Below, in pieces: positions 12,596-26,861 of a DNA stretch of 64,000 bases. Source of the stretch: Syncephalis fuscata S228 (taxonomy: Eukaryota; Fungi; Zoopagomycota); contig JAHLTZ010000013.1 in the NCBI GenBank assembly GCA_025786725.1, forward strand, positions 248,001 through 312,000, given 5' to 3'. A program made the position numbers and the translations under genes. A model generated the notes under the pieces. It had not been told where the DNA came from, made no database searches, and saw only the letters and a list, made by a program, of their open reading frames with translations. The first letter of the stretch is position 1. The number at the start of each line of letters is the position of its first letter.

Positions 12596-14553
12596 TTATT
12601 TAAATTCCACAAATTCCAACGTTTTACAATCATCAACAGCTAATCGCTCGATACTGTTTTCGCTAATCAGTATAATATCATTGCCTGCTTTTATAACCTG
12701 AGAATAATGATTACAGGGTAAACGTGCAATTACTTCGTGAGTATCAAGATCCATAATAATTAGTATGCCACAAGTGTTGCGTACAAATAACAATGATCCC
12801 AACACGTGAGGTGTTTCCAATCGATCATTGATGTCAAACATCACACTGTCTATCATGTCCAAGCGTGCATACTGTTGATCTTGTGTCTTAACAGTGTCAA
12901 TAAAAAGCTGTATTTGATGATCCCAGCGCTTATATTGATTGCGCATACCGGTATATGTGCTGGTTATGGGACATAATTCACTTAATTGAATATTATGCGT
13001 ATTAACTACTGAAATAGACTGTTTATCCGCTGGTTGCGTTATATCCGATTCATCAAATCCAAACCTTTCGTTTTTTTTCTTGGTTGATCGCCAAAAAGTC
13101 TTGCTGCTTTTAATAAGACTATTAAGGTTTCTGCGCTTGTCATTCGATGTCTTTTGCTGCTTCTCGTCCACCAGTGAGACTATAGTGCTAACACCACTGC
13201 TTGGGGAATTTGCGCTAAAACTAAATATACATCCTTCAGGTTTACTACCATCTCGAGAACCAGCAATGACCAAAAGTCGCGATAGTGATCCATCATGAGA
13301 CTGATCGTGCAACACTGGCATAAATGCAATACTGCTGATGGCAAGTCCTGGTGCTACAGCCATTTGGGCAATAAGTTTGCCATTAAATGGCGACCAGATG
13401 CAGAATAGTCCATCCTCATGTTCGGTGGCAATATAGTTAAAATGACGGAAATCCATATAAATACCCATTGTTTTCTTCTTTGCTAATATCAATGTTTTAA
13501 CACGATGTTCCTCAGATTGCTTATTGTCATAGACGATAAACCACGGATACATGGTATCTTTATCTATTCCAACCATTGTTACTTGGCGTTGTTTTGACTG
13601 ATCATCAGCAGATGGAGAATGACTGGCAGACTCTTGTGGGGATGGCAGTGTATATGTTAGCCAGTCCTTGAATTTATTCATTGGAATGTTGACTATATCT
13701 ATTAAACGTAGTGTTGATTCGCTGGCATCGTATATACGAATACCATGGCAGTAGGGGGTTTCTTCCGTAGTATCGATTAACTTGGTGGTCAATAAACGCT
13801 GATTCCAGTTTATGTCGGCCAGTATTTCACGAGAAGAGCCAACGGTCTGTGGTATGTCGAAACGACCAACAGTCTTCCAATCTGGAAAAGACCATATAAG
13901 AACTTGGTAATCACTTGTAGAATTTGTATGTCCACAGACTGCAATAATTCCTGTGGTCGGTGAAGTATAGTCAACTGCAAAACTGCGTTCTAGCTTTAAA
14001 CCTGTCAATCGTTTAGATCTAAAGAGCTGCTGTGTTGCTTGATCGTCTGTTGCTTTACCAATAATTGGTATTACAGAAATTGGCTTGTTATTCAAGTTAT
14101 TTGCCAAACGATCAAGCTGTTCTATTTCTCATTCTCTTCCAATAATAAACCGGCATTTTGCCTATCAGCCGTTTGATCTAAACCGTAACACTGTCCATAA
14201 CGACTCCAGCGTGTTCGAACAGATATACATTCTTTTAGTGTTTTGCGCCATTCTTGAGTGGGTATTGACTGGAAAGAAAGTCCATTGCTCCAAGTGTTGA
14301 AATGAAATCGGTAAGCACAGAACCAAATGATTTCATTTTGGCAAATACTATTAAAGTAAATAGCGTATCAATATACCGAGAATAAATCTAAACTAGCTTA
14401 CCTGTGAAGACGACGACATGTACTACTTAATGCAGCTATGCTACTGATATCTTGACTAGCAAAATAAAATATATTCAATAGCACGCTATCTTCTGCGGTT
14501 GCAAAAAAGCAACGAGGTGTGGCAATTGCCAATTCCGAAGTAGAAGATGCCAT
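12596..14553 (-). CDS. F-box-like protein with probable beta-propeller C-terminus; apparent 1-nt frameshift near 14125
   Basis: Exon 1 (14553-14402) ..DSVLLNIFYF..LSSTCRRLH|SICQNEIIW is F-box-like; that frame stops at ~14122 and the 503-aa ORF continues in another frame. Confidence 0.65.
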
Positions 14554-15615
14554 TGAAATGTTGAATAGAAAGAATAAGGTGGCCGTTTGAGCGTTGCCGT
14601 AGACAAATCGTTACTGGCCTTACTATCGTGTGACATTGTATTCAACATCAAACAACCGTCGCAAAAACTTGTTTGGATCTCAAACTTTTATTCAAAAAGC
14701 AGTGTTACTCTCTAAATACTTGGAAACATAGTTATATAACGCTTTATTGATTTACATTAGCTTATTTTATCAACTAGTAGCAATTGTATAGAACTTGGCT
14801 GTGTAAAGGCAGTGCCATATAATTGTTTAATACTTGGAACAACCGCTAGAGTAGTGTTAATATTGAAATCGAGCAGTAATCACTTGTAAAGTAATACATT
14901 GTTTTGTTGGTTTATATTAAATAAAATACCTTGACTATTAAAAGCAACGATTTAACATACAATTATAGCATTTAAAACTGCAACAATATGCTGCAGCTGT
15001 ATATTTGATCCATTTATTTACAATTAATACTAGCAATATACCTATACGCTAAATGTATGTAATACTATTACAATTAATTTAAATGTGAATAATTGATTTA
15101 CTTTCATATTCAAACGATAACACATCATTTAACTTGAACAAACTTCAACGCCCGCCTCACCATACGTATGGTATAAAAACGGCAATAAACAGGTAACGGA
15201 ACTTCGGCTTTTTATTCCGATACATGAGTCATTTTATAGAAATGATTAAACAAATATACATTCTACAGTATACAACGTTTAACAATGAGTGTGCCCTATC
15301 AGTTATACCTTTAACAAAAGCCAATCAGTGATCAATAAACAAAACTGTGCCCATGCTACTAACATCCATTGTTACATGATCAATAATGTTTTAGTTGTCC
15401 TAATAGGGGTAACAATAATTTGAACTATAAATAAAACAAAACAATCATTTGTTATCAACCTATTCCTTTTTCTACTTCTATATTCAATCTTATACTGCTA
15501 CTGCTAGTACCATTACTGGTTAGATTGTTGCCTAGCGAGCAATTGCTAGCAAGTAGCACATAAGCTAACTGGACCTCTACTACTATCGGAAAAGTGCCAG
15601 CTATTCTATTTCTGC

Positions 15616-17595
<1,980 letters not shown>

Positions 17596-18119
17596 GTAAA
17601 TACAGCTGATCTATTAATTAATCCAAAGCTGACAAACGCTAAAACACTAGACAACAGAGATGAAAACTAATGATTATAAATTACAACTACATCTACCGAG
17701 TAATTGACACAATACACATATATACGTGTATCCATTTACTTGATCGTCACACTGAATGTGTTTCAATGTTTGCATGTGTTGTTTTGCGTTTATTATAATG
17801 ACAATACAAATATACATGTATAATATTATATTTGAGATAGTTTATTAGTGATGTGGCTAGCTAGTTTAATTCTCGTGTAATCATAACAGGAAACGATTAA
17901 GAGTCATAGTAATGTGTTTGTGTATTTAGAGGAAATACTTAATTACTGTTAGTCGAGAGTAACAATAAACACTAATACTAGTCAACACATAATTAGTACT
18001 ATTATTTAATAATTATAAACGATTACATTATGATTTAACACTTGTTAGGTTAGAATCTGGATTTTATTTAATTAACAAATAATGACATCCATACTGTGCC
18101 ATAAAAGCTGAAATGATCA

Positions 18120-19244
18120 TTAATCAAACTTTTCATCGTTTTCGGCCATTTCACTCAAGTTAAGTAAATCTACTCGGCCACGGCCGCGCGTCTCGGTCTG
18201 GATTAAGTCGGTGATGGCACGATATTGTCCTGGATCAATAAGACAAACCTATAAGTAGATAGATGATGCGTTTCGTTAATCGCTAATAACAGTGCTATAA
18301 AATTAAATGGCTTACCAATTCATAATCATCCGACCAATCCTCTTCATCTACCGATCCGACAAGCGGCATAAGCTTCTCCTTGGCCTTTTTGGCCTCTTTA
18401 GCAGGCATGCTTACTCGAATACGCATTTGTGCCCGAGCAATAGGAATGATTTGGCGCTCTTGCAGCTGTCGAATAACTTCCAATGCCTTATGTAGCAATA
18501 AAGTTATCGTAATAAATCGTTGCACTAGTTAGCAAATCGAGCTACAGTATACAAATTATACCTACTTGTTGCTTAGCACTGCGATTAGAATTGACCGAAA
18601 GATGCAGTTGCTCAACGGCGCTTTCAATCATTGTTACTGTGTATGGCCGTTTTGTTTCCGGATTGACACATTTCTCTGCTACTGTTGTAATAATATCACG
18701 ATGCAAATTCTCTAATTGATGGGTGCGTTCTCGATCGCTCACTTGCATTTCTCCTTTGGCTAAAATCTATACTGCTCATTGTTAGCTATACCAAACTTTA
18801 AACAAGTCTGTTGGATGGCTGCTTGCCTCGCGAATAATCTCATCATCGTTGTCTTTCTTAAAGCATTTGACTAAATCTGCCTTGCTCGCAACTTGACCCT
18901 TGGAAACGTTAACAAAGATTGAATGGATTTGCAGTACTTCGTCTAAATCGGTTTCTCTATCATAAAATAGTTTATATCCAATATTAATATTTGCTACTTC
19001 GTACGCCAGTGCTTTATTAAAATAGCGTAGCTTTAATTGTCAATTAACTTACACATTGCTACGCCATTCCATTACTTTGTTTTTATAACAAGCAACTTCA
19101 AATCGTTTGCCACCCTTTTTCAGACGCACTATCGACACGTTGGTAAGCCTGTGTATGCAGTTATTATAGTTAGAATCATTGCTATTTAGTCTGATAGCGC
19201 GGGCTTACATACTTGATTTGGTTACTTGGCTGAAAGATTGACAT
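18120..19244 (-). CDS. SDO1: Ribosome maturation factor Sdo1/SBDS, multi-exon
   Basis: [74 protein letters not shown]. Confidence 0.96.
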
Positions 19245-19495
19245 TGTAACTGAATGCAAGTGTGTAAAAAAAGAAAAAAGCGGTACAGCGCATCGTTACG
19301 GTTTCATGATCAATTTAATATTTATTTGGTCAATGTCGTGAGTCACGATTGAGCATATTGATAATGGCAATATACAGTCATCATTTTATTTCTTTGTCGA
19401 TATATATATAATATGGAATAAATGGCAATTTTTCTAAAAAAATATTTGTATATTGTATTTTAAAAGCAATAGGTATTAATATAATTTTCTTATTC

Positions 19496-19907
19496 TTGTA
19501 TAATTATCTCTGTATATTCAATTCAATAAATTGGGTAATATATATATACTATTATTCATTTACCATTAATATTAATAATGTAAATACGAGTTAGATGCAT
19601 ATAATACTATTCCACTTAATACAAAGCATAAATTGATATTTTATTTAAATCTTTATGTTAGAGCAACTGCAAGAACAGCGACTGAATGAAGAAAATAGTT
19701 TAAAGCAAAAATGATGGATTATCATGCGATAGTTCCAGTCAGCATAGCAACAACAACAACATAGCATTGGCTGTCTGTGTTATCGTCAGGCAGTTGGTTA
19801 TAAGAATGCATATGCCTATTTGCATAACATCTTTTGTGTTTTGCAGAAAACATACCAACTCAATTGAATATCGTGCTACTTATCTATATTCTTGTAAAAC
19901 AACACAT
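19496..19907 (+). repeat. Repeat segment shared with 7895-8309; overlaps the outer end of the left inverted arm
   Basis: Direct sequence match. Confidence 0.95.
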
Positions 19908-22900
19908 TTTAAAATGTAGGTCGTTATAATATGTAGACATAAAAGGTTTGGTCAGCAACCAACCACAGGCTCTAATGTCGTCTGTAGTACCGGTTCAGAA
20001 CAAGTAGCGCAACATAATAAGATCGATGAAATGCGATACAGTTGCCACTGACTATAAGAAAGATGTTGTCGTGAGAGAATACAAAATAAAGTGGTTTAAA
20101 AAGCATTTGCACTTAAGCTAGTAAGCATTCAGCCATTAGCACTAACTGGATGGCATATATGGTATGTGTAATTATAGGCAGTGGGTATATACTATCAGTG
20201 TGAAGAAAGAGAAAGGAAACTGTAATGGCATAGGCTGTGAACTGTGGATCCTGGCAGCCAATATTTATAAAGACGCGTTTAAATTATTAACAAGCGGAAT
20301 GTGAATAATAAAAGTCAATCTACATAACAAATTGGTAGATCGTAGAGCACGTTCTAAGTAAATAAATAGTGCATTAGAAATAAAAGTCATTTAGCACCAA
20401 AAACTACTCATTATCATAAAGTGTGTTGTTAGTAAAATAAAGCAATGATAACAATATGTTTGCAAACACTTCAGCGTTGTGTTTATTGCTACTACAGCTC
20501 TGATCATAGATTGACATCAACTATTGTGTCTATAGATGTTTAGATAATCATTCAGCCATGCATGCATGTGCTACGTTGTACTGGCCCTTGCAGTGTATAA
20601 AGCTACGTGTTTATTCCTGTTTTCATTTAACCAGTTTCACTACACTCTATAGTTCAATATAAATAAGATGTATTTTATTTCTGTTTAGCAGCATTAAAAC
20701 TCAATCGGTAGATTATGTGACACGTCGTTTTTAAAGGAAATCAAGCCATTTCATTTAACTAATAAAGTAATAGAATCAGTTATATCGATCCACCTAATTG
20801 TGTGCAGAATGGCAAGCATTTTGAAAAAGCAGGCGCATTTGATAGTGTCGGAAAATCGCTAGTATGACGGCACAATCAATTAAAAATGGTTGCATTTGGC
20901 AAATCTTTGGGTGCATTGGCCAATTGAATTGATCTTGCGCGGAAATGGCCAGCGAATAAAAAACGAAAGCGAGTAGGTTTGGAAAGAGGGAAGGGATTAT
21001 GATCCGATATACAGATCCGATAGCATCCGTGCACCACAATGTTCCAACTAGGTGCAATACGCCAATAAACAGCCACCACGTACTCTTTGCCAATACTGTC
21101 GATCCTAATTGATAGACATGTCTTAGATTAGGCTCATAAGGGTGTGTGGGCCCATTTTTGCTCGCTATCCCGCCTTCTTCTGTTTCTAGTTGTTAATGCG
21201 CTGTAACCACACTAGTTTACAGTATAAGCATCAGGTATGGTAGTTACATCCAGTGGCGTGGGATCCCTTTGCAGGTTGATCATGATATACTGTGTTCTTG
21301 CTTGTGGGCTGTGTTGAATGTATGGCACAATATTTGCAGACTATTGCGCTATACTGGCTCAGCAATTATATGGCTGCCTGTAATGGGTGGCTGTATACTA
21401 GCGTAGTGCGGAGACATGTGGAAGTTCTGGGTGCGCAGTATCGATATTTAGCAAGTTGGATATTGCTGATGTACACCCACCTCATGTTGATGCGGCAACC
21501 TGTGATGGGTAGCCATATGTTAGTGTCCATTTGTATTGAATGCGCGCTGGAGGTGTGGAGTAGTATTTAACTTGCGGAATGCTACCGCCACACACTAGAA
21601 CTGATGTGGTAAGTAAACACTTATGCTAAGTGAATATTTACTACCATGCTGTTTACTTGTGGGTATTAGTAGAAGATTGTAGTTAACATTAGTCTTAAAT
21701 ATCATCCAAAACTCCTGGTTTACTAGTGAATACAACATAGTGATGGAGCTTACTAGGGAAAGTTTTGTGGGACAGCTAGATGATGTTTATACGATCGCTT
21801 GCGACGTAGTAAAGGCTAACTGTTATATTGCACCTTTTAATAATGCATCAGTGTATGGCAATGCGTTGTTTAATTGCAATGTATTATGATATTCGTGTGC
21901 TCATATTTGCACACTAACTACAACTGGGTAAACCAGTAGCCTAGTAGTGCTTATGGATGCGCTTGAATTGTTATGGTATGTCGTATTGCTTATTAAACCG
22001 CATTGCCATCTTGACAATGCTAGTGTAGTTCTATAAGCTTCTGACATATGATAGTTGCGCCTAGTGGCGGTATCGTCAGTTCATCCGGTGGACGCATAGT
22101 TCTATAATCATTGCCATGATTAACAACTTTTAATATCGCTTTTAGTCTATAATATTTAATAACATATTACAGCAAAAAATGGTTACATCACAGGCCCATC
22201 TTAAGCAACATATAAACAACGACCGGTCAAGTGTTTGTTTATTGTCACTACTAAATAATACTGACACATTTTTGTTATAGCTATTCGACCATTGGTACCA
22301 GGACGACAAGTGCAATCTGGATACATTTGCCATCGTGTTCCACCATTTTGCGTGCAATTTACAATACCAATATTGTCTTTATTGACAGAAGTCACAGTTG
22401 CAGTACTATGTACTGCTGCTGGTAATACCTCTTGGTATGGGTTTCCAAATGGAAGTATATACCCATTTGGTTTTCATCCGCCAAGTGGTGATTGGTGTTG
22501 TAATTACACATCTGCTAAATGTGCTGGTTTGATTGAAGTGGTGGTAATAAAGTGGGAGGTGGTGGGACTTATATACATATATTTAAATAGAAGACTTTAA
22601 TAAGTAGCATGTATAGGTGTTTATTCCAGTAATATAGTATTATAATAATGACTTCATTATTGTTGTTTATATATTTGCTTATTATATTTACTTGGGTTAA
22701 AAAGTTATTGATACTTGAATAATTAGAATACAACCAAGTGCATCCGATACAACTATCGCATATTATATAGTTTGTTTATAATTAATTTATTACCTATTTG
22801 GTATGACTTGATGATCAAATGACTACATTTAATAGTATTTGCCTAATTGAACTAGATATTCAACCTATTGAACATGGAACCGGGCGGTGAGTTTTATTAA

Positions 22901-23005
22901 TAATAAAAATATTTGCTACTATAGATTTATTATTTAGTATGTATATATTCTTAGTCTATGCATATCATTACCACTGTAGATTCACACTGCCATATATCAT
23001 TATAT
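19693..23005 (+). repeat. Left arm (~3.3 kb) of a long inverted repeat
   Basis: Reverse complement of 26862-30167 from aaatagtttaaagc to catatatcattatat; mirrored ORFs in the track (21292-21570+ = 28295-28573-; 22142-22357- = 27510-27725+). Confidence 0.97.
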
Positions 23006-24422
23006 GGTATATTAGACACATTTTATTTTTTATTTACTTTAACAAATCTACTCATTCCATTCACTACGTTATACACGCTATAATTTTAGTACCGCTATTT
23101 ATACAATGAAAATTGTATATTCATATCATTTTATATTATTTCATACTACTTTGACATTAATATATTCAAAATGCCATTTTTATTGCAAACTATTTTTATA
23201 AGATTCAGGTTAATTCGTTTATTTCATTTATTGACCACTTACATTCTAGCTTCAACATTGCCATTCATATTTCTTACATTGTATATTTATCATATTATAC
23301 ACCATTATACTGCCTAATAATATTTAATTATCAATTGAAATTGTTTATTTATTGGTGCAGCATAATATTGCAATAACGATTTCATTATTATCACTTTTGT
23401 TAGTTTGCCGTGATTATCGACTACAGCAATAAAATACAATCAATTTCTATATTTCTTTGTCTCTATTTGCCTTTCACAAAGTATGCCATTGAGCACATTG
23501 TAAATTGCGCTTTTTGGCAAAGCTTATAGATTCTAACACATGATTTGTCCATTAAGTTTTAACATTGTCAAGTAGAGATATAAATAGAACACGTACACTG
23601 CATAACAAAGGCGTGTTGAAGTCAACTGGATGAAAACAATGTTAAACATGTGATTTTATTAGTTTTATTGTCAATATGTAACATAATAATATTGTACATA
23701 CATGCAGGCAAAATGGCTATTCAAAATACTGATGGCCGAGATAGTTTATTTTACAATTTGTAAAAACAACTGTAATATCAGTAACAAAATATAGTACAAA
23801 ATACTACATTAGAATAGTTGTATAATAAAATAGTATTGTGGATTTATTACTTTGAACTCCAAATAGCACTGTAACATTGTCCATTCGTTTACATTCATGC
23901 AGCACGTTAGTGCAGTTATTCGACGGAAGTACATATGCCAATCTTTGTACCTGTTTATTCAGTATGTGTGTATAACACTAGAAAGCTTCAATACTAGTGT
24001 TCAAAGTGTTGCAATGCAGCTAGAAAATAAAAATACATTGTTCTTTACACCTCGTATTTATTCTGATTGTTTCAGTTAACAAACAAGCATAATCCTGCAT
24101 AAATCATACCTATTTTGTGCTAAATATTTTCAACATTTATTTATAGCATCAAAGCTTTTAAGCATTGATGCTCAAAACATCATAATGCATTTAGAACAAT
24201 ATAATTATATTGTTTCTTTATACACATTGCTTTGTTCTAGTTGTTTTTAACCAATAAACGCAATTGCTCTAAATAAGTCATAAGTTTATTTTAGTTTAAA
24301 TACTGCTAGTATTTCACCATCAACTCATGTTTCTTTACTTCAAACAGCTACTCAATCTCAACCTTTGCTTCTTTATCTCAAACAACAATTTTTTGTCACA
24401 AATTTTACTTTATTTTAACATC

Positions 24423-26464
24423 ATGGATCCTTTAAACACGCAACAATTCACCCCTGCGCTACCATCAAGTCAGCTAAGTCGCAATGATGCTTTTTACGAA
24501 AAAGTTCCACATTGCTGGGACAATTTGTCGCAAAATGAGCGCGATAATGCTGTTGGCTGGGTCGAGGTGTTTGACGAGGCCATTCAGGGTATGTCAAAAT
24601 AATACTAAATAAGCACGTATCTAAATACTAGATGTTTAGAATTTATTTTATTTGCCAATCAAGATTTTACTGTTGGTACTGGTCAACAATGGTAAGTAAC
24701 AGTAGACTTTATATATAACAACAAATTAAAAATGTATATATGTCAAATAGCACTTATCAGTTAGATTGGTTTGGTATGCCACAAGTTTTCTTTACATTTA
24801 GCAGTAAGTACTTATACTCTAATAAACAACTAATTAGAAATAATGTAGACAAAAAACATTACGTGTACAGTAAGTAAATAGTTATTAAAATATTTATACT
24901 AATTAGTAAATTAGAAACGATTACAAAGCTAATGGTTAGTTAATAAGTAATAAAATAAAGTATTAACATTTAATTTAGTTAATATCGTCAAACAATTCAG
25001 ATCAATTAATTCGACATGAAAAGATGTTTATTAAAATGCCTGACTTTAGAAGTAGTACCAATTATTCATTATTATTAGTATTATTATTAACCATAAGTTG
25101 TAGCAACATTTACTGTTCATAAACTTGAAATCGCCATTGTCATACCAGAAGAAACAACCGACGAATACAATCAAGTAAGTTTATAATTATAATTAAACAC
25201 CAAAATAACATATTTGCTACCATTGTAGAAGGTCGGTAGGCGATTTGCGCTTACTACAAAAGACCTTGGTCGGTAAGTATTTAGACTAATTAAAATAAAT
25301 GGATAGCTAATTGCTTATAACAGAGGTCGTACTGGCACAGTACGCCTAGCATTTGATTTCCGAACGCACCAACGCGTTGCTGTTAAGGTTTTACGGCACG
25401 GCCGTAATAATGAATACATTAGAAATGAGGCTAGGACCTTAAGTACAGTGAGAGGCTATCCTTATTTTATAAATGCAGTAAAAGTGATAGCCACCGCCAG
25501 AAAAACGTACTTTGTTCTTAATTATATGCGTGGTGGTAATTTGACTAGCTATATTAATCGTCGTGGCCCACTTCCAGAAATGGAAGTAAAAGATATTTTT
25601 AGGCAACTATTTGAAGGTGTTTTTGTAAGTATTACAATAACTAGTTATTAAAACGCTAACTTTGTATTAGTGTTTGTATACTTCAAGTATTGCGCATGGC
25701 GGTAAGTTTATTTATTTATATATGTTACCATTATTAATTAGTACTATTATTGTCATCATTTAATTAGACATCAAAGTAACTAATTAATTAATTTAATATT
25801 AAGCATAATTACTAACAGCCAAATAGCCCGATAATATATTGTTAGATATGGACTGTCAATTTCCCGAAATTGCGTACACAGACTTTGGAACGACTCATCG
25901 GGTAGGACCTATCTCACAATGCGTTCTTTGTGGCACCAGGCCATATGTGCGCCCGAGGTGATATTATCATCACATTTACGGGAAAATATACTGGCAGCTG
26001 CCAGAGCTGAGGAAGATCAAACAATTTACAACAAGCTAACTTCACCTCCACTAAGTATCCATGGGTATGACACACCCATCGACATGTGGAGTTTGGGAGT
26101 GATACTCTATGAGATGCTATTAGGTAAGCGTGAACAAAAAGCAAAATATTGTACCAACTAGTTATTTTACATTGTAATTAGGACATTGTCCTTATGATGG
26201 CGGACAAAGTGCATATAAATATATAAAAAATATATTACAAACACCACTTGATTTTGGACAAGAAAATCAACTAAGCAGTGAAGGTAAGTTAGGTATTTAT
26301 TCAATAACAATGGCTAACATTGCGCAGCTATTGAGCTGATAAAACAGCTACTTGACATTAACAAGCGCACACGGCTTACAGCGGAAGATGCATTGAACTC
26401 TCCCTGGTTTGATGACATGCGAGAAGCGAATGCAACTGAAATAAATGAACAAATAAATATTTAG
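24423..26464 (+). CDS. Ser/Thr kinase of CAMK/Chk2-Mek1-like architecture (degenerate FHA-like N-terminus, non-RD HGD), 14 exons, one apparent frameshift near 25947
   Basis: Exons 24423-24588, 24640-24691, 24751-24803, 24849-24869, 24915-24934, 24979-25051, 25104-25174, 25229-25272, 25324-25624, 25671-25701, 25768-25775, 25827-26123, 26182-26283, 26328-26464. Motifs GRGRTG, VAVK, HGDIKPDN, DFG, CGT..APE, DMWSLGV, RLTAEDAL.SPWF. Confidence 0.88.
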
Positions 26465-26861
26465 AATAAGAATAGTGCTTTATTTTAATAATATGGACAA
26501 TCCTATATAGAAAAAGGAGCTAGCCTAGAAGCATGTATATAGCAATGTCATAATAACACATAAAAGTGTTTTTTGGGTGTAAATGGCTTTTATTTTTTAA
26601 TTGATTTTTAATTGATCTTTTAATTTACTAAATATATGTTCTATAATAATGAGTAGTTCTAAGGGTAAAATGACATTTATTCTTGATGCATTATTGCTTT
26701 ATACTTATAATAGCAATGGTATAGAAGATAATGCTGTACCAGTACTGAGCAATTTTGCAATATTAATATAAAAGCGCGATTTGCTATTATGCTGTTACTG
26801 TATGTGTACATATGTCATCATACTGACCGTGTTGGCTATATTTACTGTTGTTTTTCTATTT

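Noticed and set aside
23006-26861. Inverted-repeat centromere core
   Set aside because: The spacer holds a near-intact spliced gene, unlike the gene-free cores of known IR centromeres; cannot be fully excluded without CENP-A data
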